DNA of 33,167 nucleotides from contig CALXHD010000002.1 in the NCBI GenBank assembly GCA_944388015.1, positions 1 to 33,167 of the forward strand. The letters run 5' to 3'. This document shows, one piece after another, positions 1-8,467 of the stretch. The DNA comes from an uncultured Clostridia bacterium (GTDB taxonomy: Bacteria; Bacillota; Clostridia; TANB77; CAG-508). The notes beneath the pieces are model-generated. The model had not been told where the DNA came from. It searched no databases and saw nothing but the letters and a program-made list of their open reading frames with translations. The position numbers and the translations under genes were made by a program. Numbering within the stretch: position 1 is the first letter of the stretch; each line of letters starts with the position of its first letter.

Positions 1-1779
1 CATTACATATTTATCATCTGATAAAAATTGAAGTCTATTTCCTATGCTAATTTCTTCATTAAGAACAATATTTTCTTCTAACACATCTGATAATATTTTT
101 TCAATTGTTTCAATTTTATTTTTATACATACTTTCTATATAAATTTCAATTAAAAATCTTTCTTGTTTTTTTATTGAAATTTCCTGTAATTCGATTTCTT
201 TTTGTTTTAATAATTCTATTATTTCTGTTTTTTGTTTATCATATTCTTTGTTAGATAATACATCATTTTGTATATCATTAGCTAGGTTTGATATTGCTTT
301 TGAAACACCATTTAATTGACGTTTCATATTTTTATTTTTTTCTTCCATCTTTTTTTGCCATATAAAACTAGATTTACTAATTTTATAAGACATGTTTATA
401 ACTCTTAACATTTGTGTTATATTTTCTTCTAAAAAATTACTTATTTGTCTATCTTCAAAACCAATAATGTAACTATTACAATTAGCAAATATTCTTAATA
501 AATCTTGTCTTTCTATTTTTTGTTTATCAAGTAATGTATTAAAAATTTCATCATCAATTTTACCATTTGAATCAGCTAAATCGTCATATAACATATTTTG
601 TTCATATCCTCTTAAATTGTCTAATAATTCAGTTATAAATATTTGCTTATTATTTTCTTTTGCAGTTTCTTCATCAACTTGCTCATCATAAGCATTTGCC
701 ATTTGGACTATTGTGTCTGAAACATTATTTAATTTTTCAGCAGTCTCTTTAGTTTGGTTTAAAGCTCTATCTTGATATGAAGGCAATAATTTTGAATTTC
801 CCATAAATTCTTCTATATTTATTTGAATAGATTTAGGTACTGCAAATAAACCGATTGATGCAATTAATATTTCTTTAAAATATATAAGTTCTACTGTATA
901 ACCATTAGACACATATGCAAGTAAAACATTTCCTAAACAAAATCCTATTACTACACCTAGTTTGCCAAAACGATTCAATATTCCAGCAAGCATACCTGAT
1001 ATTGCATATGTACCAACCATTAGTGGATCTGATGAAGTTATTACACCTATTACTACTCCAATTGTAACACCTGCTGTTGTTCCAACTAAAACTCCGTTTT
1101 TCCATCCTAATATAAGTACTATTAAAATACACAATATGTTTCTAATTGAAAATCCAAAAATTTGCAAATTTCCAAAACAGTTTATACTGATTGCTAAAAG
1201 AATACTTGCTCCTAAAACTTCTTCTATTGAAAATGCTCTATTTTCACCTATTCCTAAAAATACATTTATTGAATTCACAAATATTTTATAAAAAACTACT
1301 GCAATCATCGCAAATGAAATTATTGATAATATATCATATATTGTAAATCCACCTAATCCAATTCTAGCTAACTGGATGATGATTGTTGCAAAAAATACAT
1401 GTTTTGATAAACGTATTTTTTCGTTTTTTTCTTCTCCTTGATAAATAGGCTTAATTAAAAATACTATAGTTACAAGAACTAAAGAAATAAGTAAATATGT
1501 TAAAACACCTTCTATTCCAAAACTTATTGCATTTCCAATACATCCTGTGATAATAATTCCTAAAATTGGAATTGAGTTACCCATACATGCTGACATCATA
1601 CTAATACTAAAAGGTGAGACTTGTCCATCTATTCCAACCATTGATATCATAAAAGAAACAATGTATAAAAAAACATATTGTAATGAAAATACATTTGAAA
1701 AGATATTTATTTTCTTATTTTTCTTTTCTCTTGCTGCAGTATTTTGTTTTATATATTCCTCACTTATATTTTGAAACAT
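1..1779 (-). CDS. spoIIE: Stage II sporulation protein E (SpoIIE), N-terminal about 593 codons. The C-terminal PP2C phosphatase part lies beyond the left edge of the window.
   Basis: Not in the supplied ORF track, presumably because it has no stop inside the window. The reverse complement has ATG at 1779-1777 preceded by GGTGG. I translated the whole reverse-complement frame to position 1 quickly without meeting a stop, and re-checked positions 1-240 codon by codon. Translation starts MFQNISEEYIKQNTAAREKKNKK. A long polytopic membrane region follows (VSFMISMVGIDGQVSPFSISMMSAC..., many G/A/I/V-rich helices), then a soluble helical region. This is the SpoIIE architecture, and the LSPF-type first helix motif is typical of that family. 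Confidence 0.7.
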   Translation of the reverse strand, partial: MFQNISEEYIKQNTAAREKKNKKINIFSNVFSLQYVFLYIVSFMISMVGIDGQVSPFSISMMSACMGNSIPILGIIITGCIGNAISFGIEGVLTYLLISLVLVTIVFLIKPIYQGEEKNEKIRLSKHVFFATIIIQLARIGLGGFTIYDILSIISFAMIAVVFYKIFVNSINVFLGIGENRAFSIEEVLGASILLAISINCFGNLQIFGFSIRNILCILIVLILGWKNGVLVGTTAGVTIGVVIGVITSSDPLMVGTYAISGMLAGILNRFGKLGVVIGFCLGNVLLAYVSNGYTVELIYFKEILIASIGLFAVPKSIQINIEEFMGNSKLLPSYQDRALNQTKETAEKLNNVSDTIVQMANAYDEQVDEETAKENNKQIFITELLDNLRGYEQNMLYDDLADSNGKIDDEIFNTLLDKQKIERQDLLRIFANCNSYIIGFEDRQISNFLEENITQMLRVINMSYKISKSSFIWQKKMEEKNKNMKRQLNGVSKAISNLANDIQNDVLSNKEYDKQKTEIIELLKQKEIELQEISIKKQERFLIEIYIESMYKNKIETIEKILSDVLEENIVLNEEISIGNRLQFLSDDKYVM

Positions 1780-1997
1780 CCTTACCACCTCTAAAACTTT
1801 TTTTCAGTGTTATTTTACTACTTGTCTTATGTATTTTTTGTCTTTTCTAGTAGGCTATTTTAAAAAAGTTTTTTACAAAAAGTGATGATTAATTTATATT
1901 TTTCCTTTTATTTTTTTTCATTCTACTTTTTATTTTTTTAATTGTATTATAAAACTGAAAAAAAAGCAAGAAATTTGACGATTTTTGTATGATATAT

Positions 1998-2250
1998 GTT
2001 ACAGTTCACATGTAATTCTAAATTATATTAAAAAAGAATTATATATTATATTGAATAAATTTGGAGTTTGATTGGAGTTTATTTAGAATTTCTTAAAGAA
2101 TTTTACGGAAAGTGTTCAATATGAAATATTGGAAGGGAGCCGTAAAATTCTTGTTAGAAATTCTTAATAAATGTATTGAAACCGGAAAATTTATGAAATA
2201 TAATATATAATTCTTTTAAGTAACTAATATTATATATGTGACTGTAATTT
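1998..2250. repeat. Long imperfect inverted repeat (about 250 bp palindrome/hairpin) in the divergent spoIIE / WG-repeat intergenic region
   Basis: The left arm 1998-2124 pairs with the right arm 2125-2250. Perfect complementary blocks include AAAAGAATTATATATTATATT (2032-2052) with 2197-2217, AGAATTTTACGG (2097-2108) with CCGTAAAATTCT (2140-2151), and AGAATTTCT (2085-2093) with its complement. TTACAGTTCACAT (1999-2011) pairs with ATGTGACTGTAA (2236-2247). The apex is CAATAT-gaa-ATATTG at 2117-2131. Confidence 0.85.
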
Positions 2251-2269
2251 TTAAGAAAAAAAAATTTGG

Positions 2270-2298
2270 TTGCAAAAAATCAATAAATGTAGTAAAAT
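2270..2298 (+). promoter_or_regulatory. Putative sigma-A promoter for the 2328 operon
   Basis: TTGCAA (2270-2275), 17-nt spacer, TAAAAT (2293-2298). It lies about 30 nt upstream of the AGGAGG RBS and the ATG at 2328. Confidence 0.45.
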
Positions 2299-2327
2299 AT
2301 TAACATATTAAAAATTAGGAGGATAAA

Positions 2328-3854
2328 ATGAGCAAGGGAAAAAGATATGAGGCAACACAGCCTAAATTAAACATGAAAAAAGTATTTGCAGTAATAATTG
2401 CTTTAATAGTTATTATAATGTTTATTTATATAATAACAGGAGCATTTTCCTCAAAAGATAAAACATCGAATAAATTAACAGTTAAAAATTATTTTGCATC
2501 ATACAAAGATAATAAATGGGGTGTAATAGATTCAAATGGTGATACAGTAATAGATCCATCATATCAAGAAATGATAATTGTACCTGATGAGAAAATCGAT
2601 GTATTTTTATGTACATATGATGTTAATTATGAAACAGGAGAGTATAAAACTAAGGCATTAAATAGCAAAAATGAAGAAATATATACACAATATGATAATA
2701 TAGAAGCTATTCAAAATAAAGATAATAATAGTTTATGGTATGAAGAAAATGTATTAAAAATACAAAAAGATGGAAAATATGGAACTATAGATTTAACAGG
2801 AAAACAATTATTAAATATAGAATACGAAGAAATAGTGCCAATATTAGGCATAAAGAATGCTTTAAGGATTAAAAAAGATGGAAAATATGGAATAGCTGGA
2901 AATGATGGTAAAATAATTATAGAACCTAAATATGTAGATATTACAAACTTAGGAGAAGATAACAAATCAGGTTATATAGTAAGAGATGAATCAGGAAAAT
3001 ATGGAATAGTAGACTATTCAGCAAAGAATGTGCTAGAGTGTAAATATGATGAAATTTATAAAGTTTATGGTAATGATAGATATGTTGTAAAAGAATCAAA
3101 TACAGACAAGCTTATAAATAAAGATGGAGAAACACTTATATCTACCGGATTTGACGAAATTACATCGATATTGAAATCACAAGATGCAGGTGTAATCTTT
3201 AAATTAAAAAATAAGTATGGAGTAATGAGTTTAACTGGAGAGATAGTACTAAAACCTGAATATGATGATTTAAAAGAAGCAAAAACAGATATATTAATAA
3301 GTAAAAAAGATAATAAATATTCTATAATTGATATGCAAGGAAATAAAAAAATTAATCAAGATTATATAGATATTTCATATCAAGAAACTGCAGATATGTA
3401 CATAGCTGAAAAAGAGAATTTTGAGACAGATATTTTGAATGGAAATTATGAGGTAAAATTGTCAGGAATTCTACTTGATTTTAATGTAGATAAAACATAT
3501 ATAAAAATGAAAATAGATGATCAAAATAAATATTATAATTTTAATTTTGAAGAAAAGAAAGAATCAGATATATTTACAAATAATACATTATTTATTAATA
3601 AACAAGATGGAAAATATGGATTTGTTGATAAAGATGGTAAAGAGGTAGTTAAATGTGAATATGATGATGTGACAGAGCAAAATTCTTATGGATTTGCAGG
3701 AATAAAAAAAGATGGAAGATGGGGAGTAATAGATAGTACAGGTAAAGTTATTCAAGAACCAGTATATGATTTAGAAAATTATTTAATAGTTGACTTTATT
3801 GGAAGATGGCACTTAGGAGAAGATATTTATATGAATTATTATAATCAAATATAA
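2328..3854 (+). CDS. N-terminally membrane-anchored WG-containing-repeat (KWG/WG beta-repeat) protein
   Basis: Strong RBS (AGGAGG, 7 nt before the ATG). One TM helix (VFAVIIALIVIIMFIYIITGAF). About nine copies of a roughly 40-aa repeat with the signature K[WY]G-[VI]-[IV]-D-x-x-G-x-x-[VIL]-[IL]-x-P-x-Y-[DE]-[DE]-[IL], for example KWGVIDSNGDTVIDPSYQEM, KYGFVDKDGKEVVKCEYDDV and RWGVIDSTGKVIQEPVYDL. Confidence 0.8.
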   Translation: MSKGKRYEATQPKLNMKKVFAVIIALIVIIMFIYIITGAFSSKDKTSNKLTVKNYFASYKDNKWGVIDSNGDTVIDPSYQEMIIVPDEKIDVFLCTYDVNYETGEYKTKALNSKNEEIYTQYDNIEAIQNKDNNSLWYEENVLKIQKDGKYGTIDLTGKQLLNIEYEEIVPILGIKNALRIKKDGKYGIAGNDGKIIIEPKYVDITNLGEDNKSGYIVRDESGKYGIVDYSAKNVLECKYDEIYKVYGNDRYVVKESNTDKLINKDGETLISTGFDEITSILKSQDAGVIFKLKNKYGVMSLTGEIVLKPEYDDLKEAKTDILISKKDNKYSIIDMQGNKKINQDYIDISYQETADMYIAEKENFETDILNGNYEVKLSGILLDFNVDKTYIKMKIDDQNKYYNFNFEEKKESDIFTNNTLFINKQDGKYGFVDKDGKEVVKCEYDDVTEQNSYGFAGIKKDGRWGVIDSTGKVIQEPVYDLENYLIVDFIGRWHLGEDIYMNYYNQI

Positions 3855-3874
3855 TTTGTAGAAAGAGTGGTAAT

Positions 3875-5098
3875 ATGGGACAAAAGATAAAATATCAATA
3901 TTCGTATTTTATACATCCGTTTATTGTTAAAGAAGAAAAATATAAAAAATATATTATGAAATTGCTAAGAAATGACAAGATTTCTCTAAAGATATTTCAA
4001 AAAGAAAAAGACTTGGGGTTATATCAATATTTTTTGCCAAAGGTAAGTAAATTCTTATTTTCTAGTTTTGATTTTTCAACAAATAAGTTAAACAAATTAG
4101 AAAGTTTGCCAATAGAAACAAAGTCTGCGATTTTAAGTGAATATCCTTGCACAATTTTTGAATATTGTATGCCTAAAGATGTACAGGGAAAAGCTATTGA
4201 AAATAGTATATTTTTTAAAATACAAAAAATTGAGTTAGTTTGTTTTAAAACAGGAATTTGTTTTTTACTTATGAAGACAAATGTGGAGAATACAGATGAA
4301 TTTGCAGATGTACTAAATTTTAATTACAGGTTTAGAGATATACAAAGAGATAATGAATTTGTTACAGATTATAAAAATATTCATTTGCAAACAGATTTAT
4401 TTTCGAGTGTTACTGAATTAACTGATTTTATAGAAAATATAACTTCTTCAAAGATAGAGGCCATGAAATTAGACTTAGATACTCAGAGATTTTTGAGTTA
4501 TTCATATGTTTGTATAGATCAACAAACATGGGGAACAAACAAAAATTTTGAAAATGTAGAAAATATGTATATTAAATTTTCAAATTTTTTATCTGCAGAT
4601 AATGGTGTTGAATACAAGACAGATGAAGTATTTACATGTTCAAAGTGGAAATATGCAAGACTTGGAGTATCAAAACAAGGTGTTGTATTATTTACATCTG
4701 ATGCAGATATGTATAATTATACTATTTTGCCAAATAATTTTGAGACAATTTATTTATATACATATATTTTAAATTTATATAAAAAAATTTATTTAAAGAA
4801 ACTAAGTCTAGATTTTTCAAGACTTCAGGATTGGTCTAGTGCTAGAAAAAAGTTTGCACAATTTACGAAAGAGGTATGGACACAAGAGACTACTGATGAT
4901 GAGGTCGGTTCTTGGCTTGATTATCAAATTTTTAAAAAATTAGATATTGATCATCTATATATGGAAGTTAAAAACCAATATGATGTTTTATATAAAGAAA
5001 TGAAAATTGAAGTTAACTCTAAGATTATGATATGTCTAATATGTGTACTTACACTTGCATTAATATTTAATGTTCTGAATTATTTTAGAATTTTATAA
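3875..5098 (+). CDS. Hypothetical protein, 407 aa, with a single TM helix at the extreme C terminus (tail-anchored); no family recognised
   Basis: Long ORF 20 nt downstream of the WG-repeat gene with its own purine-rich RBS. The only hydrophobic segment is IMICLICVLTLALIFNVLNYF at the very C terminus, preceded by predicted long helices. I can see no catalytic motif. Confidence 0.65.
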   Translation: MGQKIKYQYSYFIHPFIVKEEKYKKYIMKLLRNDKISLKIFQKEKDLGLYQYFLPKVSKFLFSSFDFSTNKLNKLESLPIETKSAILSEYPCTIFEYCMPKDVQGKAIENSIFFKIQKIELVCFKTGICFLLMKTNVENTDEFADVLNFNYRFRDIQRDNEFVTDYKNIHLQTDLFSSVTELTDFIENITSSKIEAMKLDLDTQRFLSYSYVCIDQQTWGTNKNFENVENMYIKFSNFLSADNGVEYKTDEVFTCSKWKYARLGVSKQGVVLFTSDADMYNYTILPNNFETIYLYTYILNLYKKIYLKKLSLDFSRLQDWSSARKKFAQFTKEVWTQETTDDEVGSWLDYQIFKKLDIDHLYMEVKNQYDVLYKEMKIEVNSKIMICLICVLTLALIFNVLNYFRIL

Positions 5099-5121
5099 TT
5101 TTGAAGGGAATGATTTTAGAA

Positions 5122-5505
5122 ATGAAAATAAGTTGTGGAACAGATATAATTGAAATTGATAGAATAAAACAGTCTATAGAAAATCTTGGAGATGCTTTTT
5201 TAAATAGGGTTTTTACTGAAAATGAGATTAAGTATTGTGAAAGTAAAAATAATCAAAAATATCAACATTATGCTGCTAGATTTACAGCAAAAGAAGCGGT
5301 ATTTAAGGCAGTATCATCAAATTTAAAAGATAAATATTCAATTACATGGAAAGATATTGAGGTATGTAATAATGAGCAAGGTAAGCCATATATAAACTTA
5401 TATGGAATAAATCAAGAATTATTTGAAAGCATAGACATAAGTATATCTCATTGTAAAAAATATGCAACAGCAAATGTAGTAATACTGCAAAATGAGTTGT
5501 GGTGA
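5122..5505 (+). CDS. acpS: Holo-[acyl-carrier-protein] synthase (4'-phosphopantetheinyl transferase AcpS)
   Basis: MKISCGTDIIEIDRI... matches the canonical AcpS N terminus (GxDIxEIxRI), and FTAKEAVFKA matches the conserved motif. The length of about 127 aa is typical. I prefer the ATG at 5122 (GAAGGGA RBS about 12 nt upstream) over the TTG at 5101 given in the track. Confidence 0.85.
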   Translation: MKISCGTDIIEIDRIKQSIENLGDAFLNRVFTENEIKYCESKNNQKYQHYAARFTAKEAVFKAVSSNLKDKYSITWKDIEVCNNEQGKPYINLYGINQELFESIDISISHCKKYATANVVILQNELW

Positions 5506-5528
5506 TAAAAGGGAAGGTTAAGATTAAA

Positions 5529-6332
5529 ATGAGATTTTTTGATAATCATTCACATTTAAATGATGAAAAATTTAATATTGATAGAAAAAAGTTGATAGAT
5601 GAAATAAGTAAAACAGATGTTACACATTTTATTACTGCAGGTTATAATTTAGAAAGCTCAAAATCAGCTGTGAAACTTGCTAAAGAATATCAGTTTATTT
5701 ATGCTATTGTTGGAATATCTCCAAATGATATGCCTGATAATCCACAAAAAGAGGAGGAATTGTGGAAAGATATCCATGAAATTGAGAAAATTATAGAAAA
5801 GGATAGTCCTAAAAAAATTGTTGCAATAGGAGAAATTGGGTTAGATTATTATTGGGAAAAAAATGAGGATATGAGAAAACTGCAAAGAAAAGCTTTTATT
5901 AGTCAAATAGAGTTGGCAAATAAGCTAGAATTGCCTATTGTAATACATACAAGAGATGCAGTTATGGATACATTAGAAATATTAAAAAAGTATGATGTAC
6001 ATAAAAAAGGGGTTTTCCATTGTTGTCCACAAAATAGAGAACTTATAAAGGAAGGTTTAAAGCTAGGATTTTACATATCATTTGCAGGACCTATTACATT
6101 TAAAAATTCAAAAAATGCAGAGGAAATTATAAATTTAGTTCCAAATGATAAAATTTTAATAGAAACAGATAGTCCTTATTTAGCACCTGAACCAGTACGT
6201 GGTACAAGAAATGATCCTAGAAATGTTAAATATATTGCGCAAAAAATTGCAAATGTTAAAAATATGACTATAGAAGAGATAGCAAATATTACATTTGAGA
6301 ATACTTGTAGAATTTTTGAAATAAATATGTAG
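5529..6332 (+). CDS. tatD: TatD-family metal-dependent DNase/hydrolase (YabD-like)
   Basis: MRFFDNHSHLND is the TatD HxH start. GEIGLDYYW, PIVIHTRDA, HCC and ETDSPYLAP motifs are present. I prefer the ATG at 5529 over the upstream GTG at 5499. Confidence 0.85.
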   Translation: MRFFDNHSHLNDEKFNIDRKKLIDEISKTDVTHFITAGYNLESSKSAVKLAKEYQFIYAIVGISPNDMPDNPQKEEELWKDIHEIEKIIEKDSPKKIVAIGEIGLDYYWEKNEDMRKLQRKAFISQIELANKLELPIVIHTRDAVMDTLEILKKYDVHKKGVFHCCPQNRELIKEGLKLGFYISFAGPITFKNSKNAEEIINLVPNDKILIETDSPYLAPEPVRGTRNDPRNVKYIAQKIANVKNMTIEEIANITFENTCRIFEINM

Positions 6333-6412
6333 TCATATTTTAAATATCTAAATCATATAATATTATTAGAAGCCTACGGACAAGATGAATACAAGCCATA
6401 AAAACTCAAAAT

Positions 6413-6441
6413 TTGACAAAATAAGATAAAAATGGTATAAT
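6413..6441 (+). promoter_or_regulatory. Sigma-A promoter with extended -10 for the YabE-like gene
   Basis: TTGACA (6413-6418), 17-nt spacer, TGgTATAAT (6433-6441). RBS AGGAGG follows before the ATG at 6476. Confidence 0.6.
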
Positions 6442-6475
6442 AGATACGTATTGCCAAAGGAGGTAAGAAAATAAT

Positions 6476-7486
6476 ATGAAAAACAAAGAAAACGCTTCAC
6501 TGTCTATTATTAAGATTATATGTGTTGCAATTATCTTAATATTGATATCAGGAATTAGTGTTTTAGCGGTTAATACAAACTTAACAGATGTAAGAATTAT
6601 ATTACAAAATGGTTATGAACTTACAGCATTAACATCAAAACAAACAGTAAGAGAAGTGTTAGATGAAAATCATATCGTTTTAGAAGATACACAAAAGACA
6701 TCAGTTGGTCTTGATGAAAAAATATCATCAGGTTCAGTAATTAAAATTACAGATAAATCATATAATGAAGTTAAAATTGCTGAAGTATCTGAACAAGGTG
6801 TACAAACATCTTTGGATGAATTAATGGAAAATTATTCACCAATTACAGAAAAAATAATAGTAGAACAAGTTGCAATACCATTTGAAACTGTTACAAAAAA
6901 TACAGCAGGAACAGATTCAAATGTTGAAAACAAAGTATTACAAGAAGGTCAAGAAGGACTAAAAGAAGTAACTTATAAAGTAAAATACCAAAATGATGTA
7001 GAGATTGAAAAAACTGTATTATCAGAAACAATTATTAAAGAACCTGTAGATAAGATTGTACAAGTAAATAAAAAAGTTGTAACATCTAGAGGAAGTTCAA
7101 AATCAAGAACATCTGCCGTATCATATGGCGGAGGTAAATGGTCATATTCTGCAAGTGATTTAGATTTATTATGTGCTATTACAGCACAAGAGTCAGGTTC
7201 AAGTTATACAGGAGCTTTAGCAGTAATTACAACTGCATGTAATAGAGCAGAAAGCAGTAAATGGAGAAGAAATGGAAAAGATCCATTAAGCCAATATAAA
7301 GCAAAAGGACAATTCTGTTATTCAATTGATAGTCATTGGAAGAAAAAACTAAATGGAAATTATCCATCATATGTAAAACAAGCTGTTACAGATGCATTAA
7401 ATGGAAAAAGAAACCATAATTATTTATCATTTAGAGCAGCTGGAACACATTCAGGAACATATATTGGAGGAAATGTATATTTTTAA
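6476..7486 (+). CDS. Membrane-anchored cell-wall hydrolase with a DUF348-like and G5 N-terminal part (YabE/RpfB-like architecture) and a SleB-type (Hydrolase_2-like) C-terminal domain
   Basis: N-terminal TM helix. DUF348-like segment (VRIILQNGYELTALTSKQTVREVLDENHIVLED...GSVIKI). G5-like segment (KVLQEGQEGLKEVTYKVKYQNDVEIEKTVLSETIIKEPVDKIVQV). The C terminus (DLDLLCAITAQESGSSYTGALAVITTACNRAES) resembles SleB-type hydrolases. Its position directly after tatD matches the B. subtilis yabD-yabE order. Confidence 0.7.
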   Translation: MKNKENASLSIIKIICVAIILILISGISVLAVNTNLTDVRIILQNGYELTALTSKQTVREVLDENHIVLEDTQKTSVGLDEKISSGSVIKITDKSYNEVKIAEVSEQGVQTSLDELMENYSPITEKIIVEQVAIPFETVTKNTAGTDSNVENKVLQEGQEGLKEVTYKVKYQNDVEIEKTVLSETIIKEPVDKIVQVNKKVVTSRGSSKSRTSAVSYGGGKWSYSASDLDLLCAITAQESGSSYTGALAVITTACNRAESSKWRRNGKDPLSQYKAKGQFCYSIDSHWKKKLNGNYPSYVKQAVTDALNGKRNHNYLSFRAAGTHSGTYIGGNVYF

Positions 7487-7489
7487 AAA

Positions 7490-7516
7490 CTAGAGCCTTA
7501 AGGCTCTTATTTTTTC
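7490..7516 (+). terminator. Rho-independent terminator
   Basis: AGAGCC (7492-7497), ttaa loop, GGCTCT (7502-7507), then TATTTTTT. It starts 4 nt after the stop codon at 7484-7486. Confidence 0.8.
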
Positions 7517-7517
7517 T

Positions 7518-7552
7518 TCTATTAGGAAAGTCATGCTGACTTTTCTAATAGA
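7518..7552. repeat. Copy 1 of a terminator-adjacent palindromic element
   Basis: CTATTAGGAAAGTCA (7519-7533), tgc, TGACTTTTCTAATAG (7537-7551). The arms are 15 bp with one G-T mismatch. A near-identical element is at 9633-9673. Confidence 0.85.
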
Positions 7553-7592
7553 GAAAATACGTTGCACACAAATTACGGAAAACCAAAAAATG

Positions 7593-7621
7593 TTGACAAA
7601 TAGTGTTTTACTTTATATAAT
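7593..7621 (+). promoter_or_regulatory. Putative sigma-A promoter for the xth/permease genes
   Basis: TTGACA (7593-7598), 17-nt spacer, TATAAT (7616-7621). Confidence 0.55.
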
Positions 7622-7697
7622 AATATAACGCAATTAGAATTAAGTGTTTTAAGATAATAAATAATTAAATAGAGTAGTAAAGAGAGGAAATAATAAA

Positions 7698-8453
7698 ATG
7701 AAACTAATATCATGGAATGTAAATGGAATTAGAGCATGTATAAATAAAGGTTTTGAAGACTTTTTTAAAAATATAGATGCAGATATTTTTTGTATACAAG
7801 AAACAAAGTGTCAACCTGAGCAAATTGACTTAAAATTTGAAGGATACAAATCATATTATAATAGTGCAGAAAGAAAAGGATATTCAGGAACAGCTATATA
7901 TACTAAAAAAGAACCATTAAATGTAACTTTTGGAATTGGTATTGAAGAACATGACAAAGAAGGAAGAGTTATAACACTTGAGTTTGAAAATTGTTATGTT
8001 GTTACAATATATACTCCAAATTCTAAAAGAGAATTAGAAAGATTAGAATATAGACAAATTTGGGAAGATGAAATTAGAAAATATTTATTAGAATTAGATA
8101 GTAGAAAGCCAGTGATAAAGTGTGGAGATTTAAATGTAGCTCATCAAGAAATTGATTTAAAAAATCCTAAAACAAATAGGGGTAATGCAGGATTTACAGA
8201 TGAGGAAAGAGAAAAAATGACAGAACTTTTAAAAGATGGCTTTGTAGATACTTTTAGATATTTATATCCGAATAAAACAGATAGTTATAGTTGGTGGTCA
8301 TATATGGGAAAAGCTAGAGAAAAAAATATTGGTTGGAGAATAGATTATTTTATTGTATCAGATAAAATTAAAGATAAAATACAAGAAGCTACAATTTATC
8401 CTGAAATATATGGAAGTGACCATTGTCCAATTGGATTAGAAATTGATATTTAG
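7698..8453 (+). CDS. xth: Exodeoxyribonuclease III (AP endonuclease, ExoA/Xth family)
   Basis: MKLISWNVNGIRA start, CIQETK, GYSGTAIY, GDLNVAH and the C-terminal SDHCPI motif are all hallmarks of the EEP-fold Xth family. Length is 251 aa. Confidence 0.9.
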   Translation: MKLISWNVNGIRACINKGFEDFFKNIDADIFCIQETKCQPEQIDLKFEGYKSYYNSAERKGYSGTAIYTKKEPLNVTFGIGIEEHDKEGRVITLEFENCYVVTIYTPNSKRELERLEYRQIWEDEIRKYLLELDSRKPVIKCGDLNVAHQEIDLKNPKTNRGNAGFTDEEREKMTELLKDGFVDTFRYLYPNKTDSYSWWSYMGKAREKNIGWRIDYFIVSDKIKDKIQEATIYPEIYGSDHCPIGLEIDI

Positions 8454-8467
8454 GAGGATGTTTTATT

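Noticed and set aside
905-1774. Track ORFs 905-1132 (-), 962-1291 (+) and 1547-1774 (+)
   Set aside because: All lie inside the long uninterrupted minus-strand spoIIE reading frame (1-1779), in other frames or on the other strand. Their translations are low-complexity (Ile/Pro/Thr or Cys/Asn/Trp-rich), with no RBS and no motifs. They are shadow ORFs of an AT-rich membrane-protein gene.
1965-1985. Possible Spo0A box (TGACGAT at 1973-1979) upstream of spoIIE
   Set aside because: It is a 6/7 match to the TGNCGAA consensus, as a single copy in very AT-rich DNA, so it cannot be separated from chance without more copies or conservation data.
2121-2210. 29-codon ORF starting at the apex of the large palindrome
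   Set aside because: It has only a weak RBS (GGAAAG) and no mirror ORF on the other arm, and the peptide is not hydrophobic like type I toxins. It is mentioned under the palindrome finding but not called as a gene.
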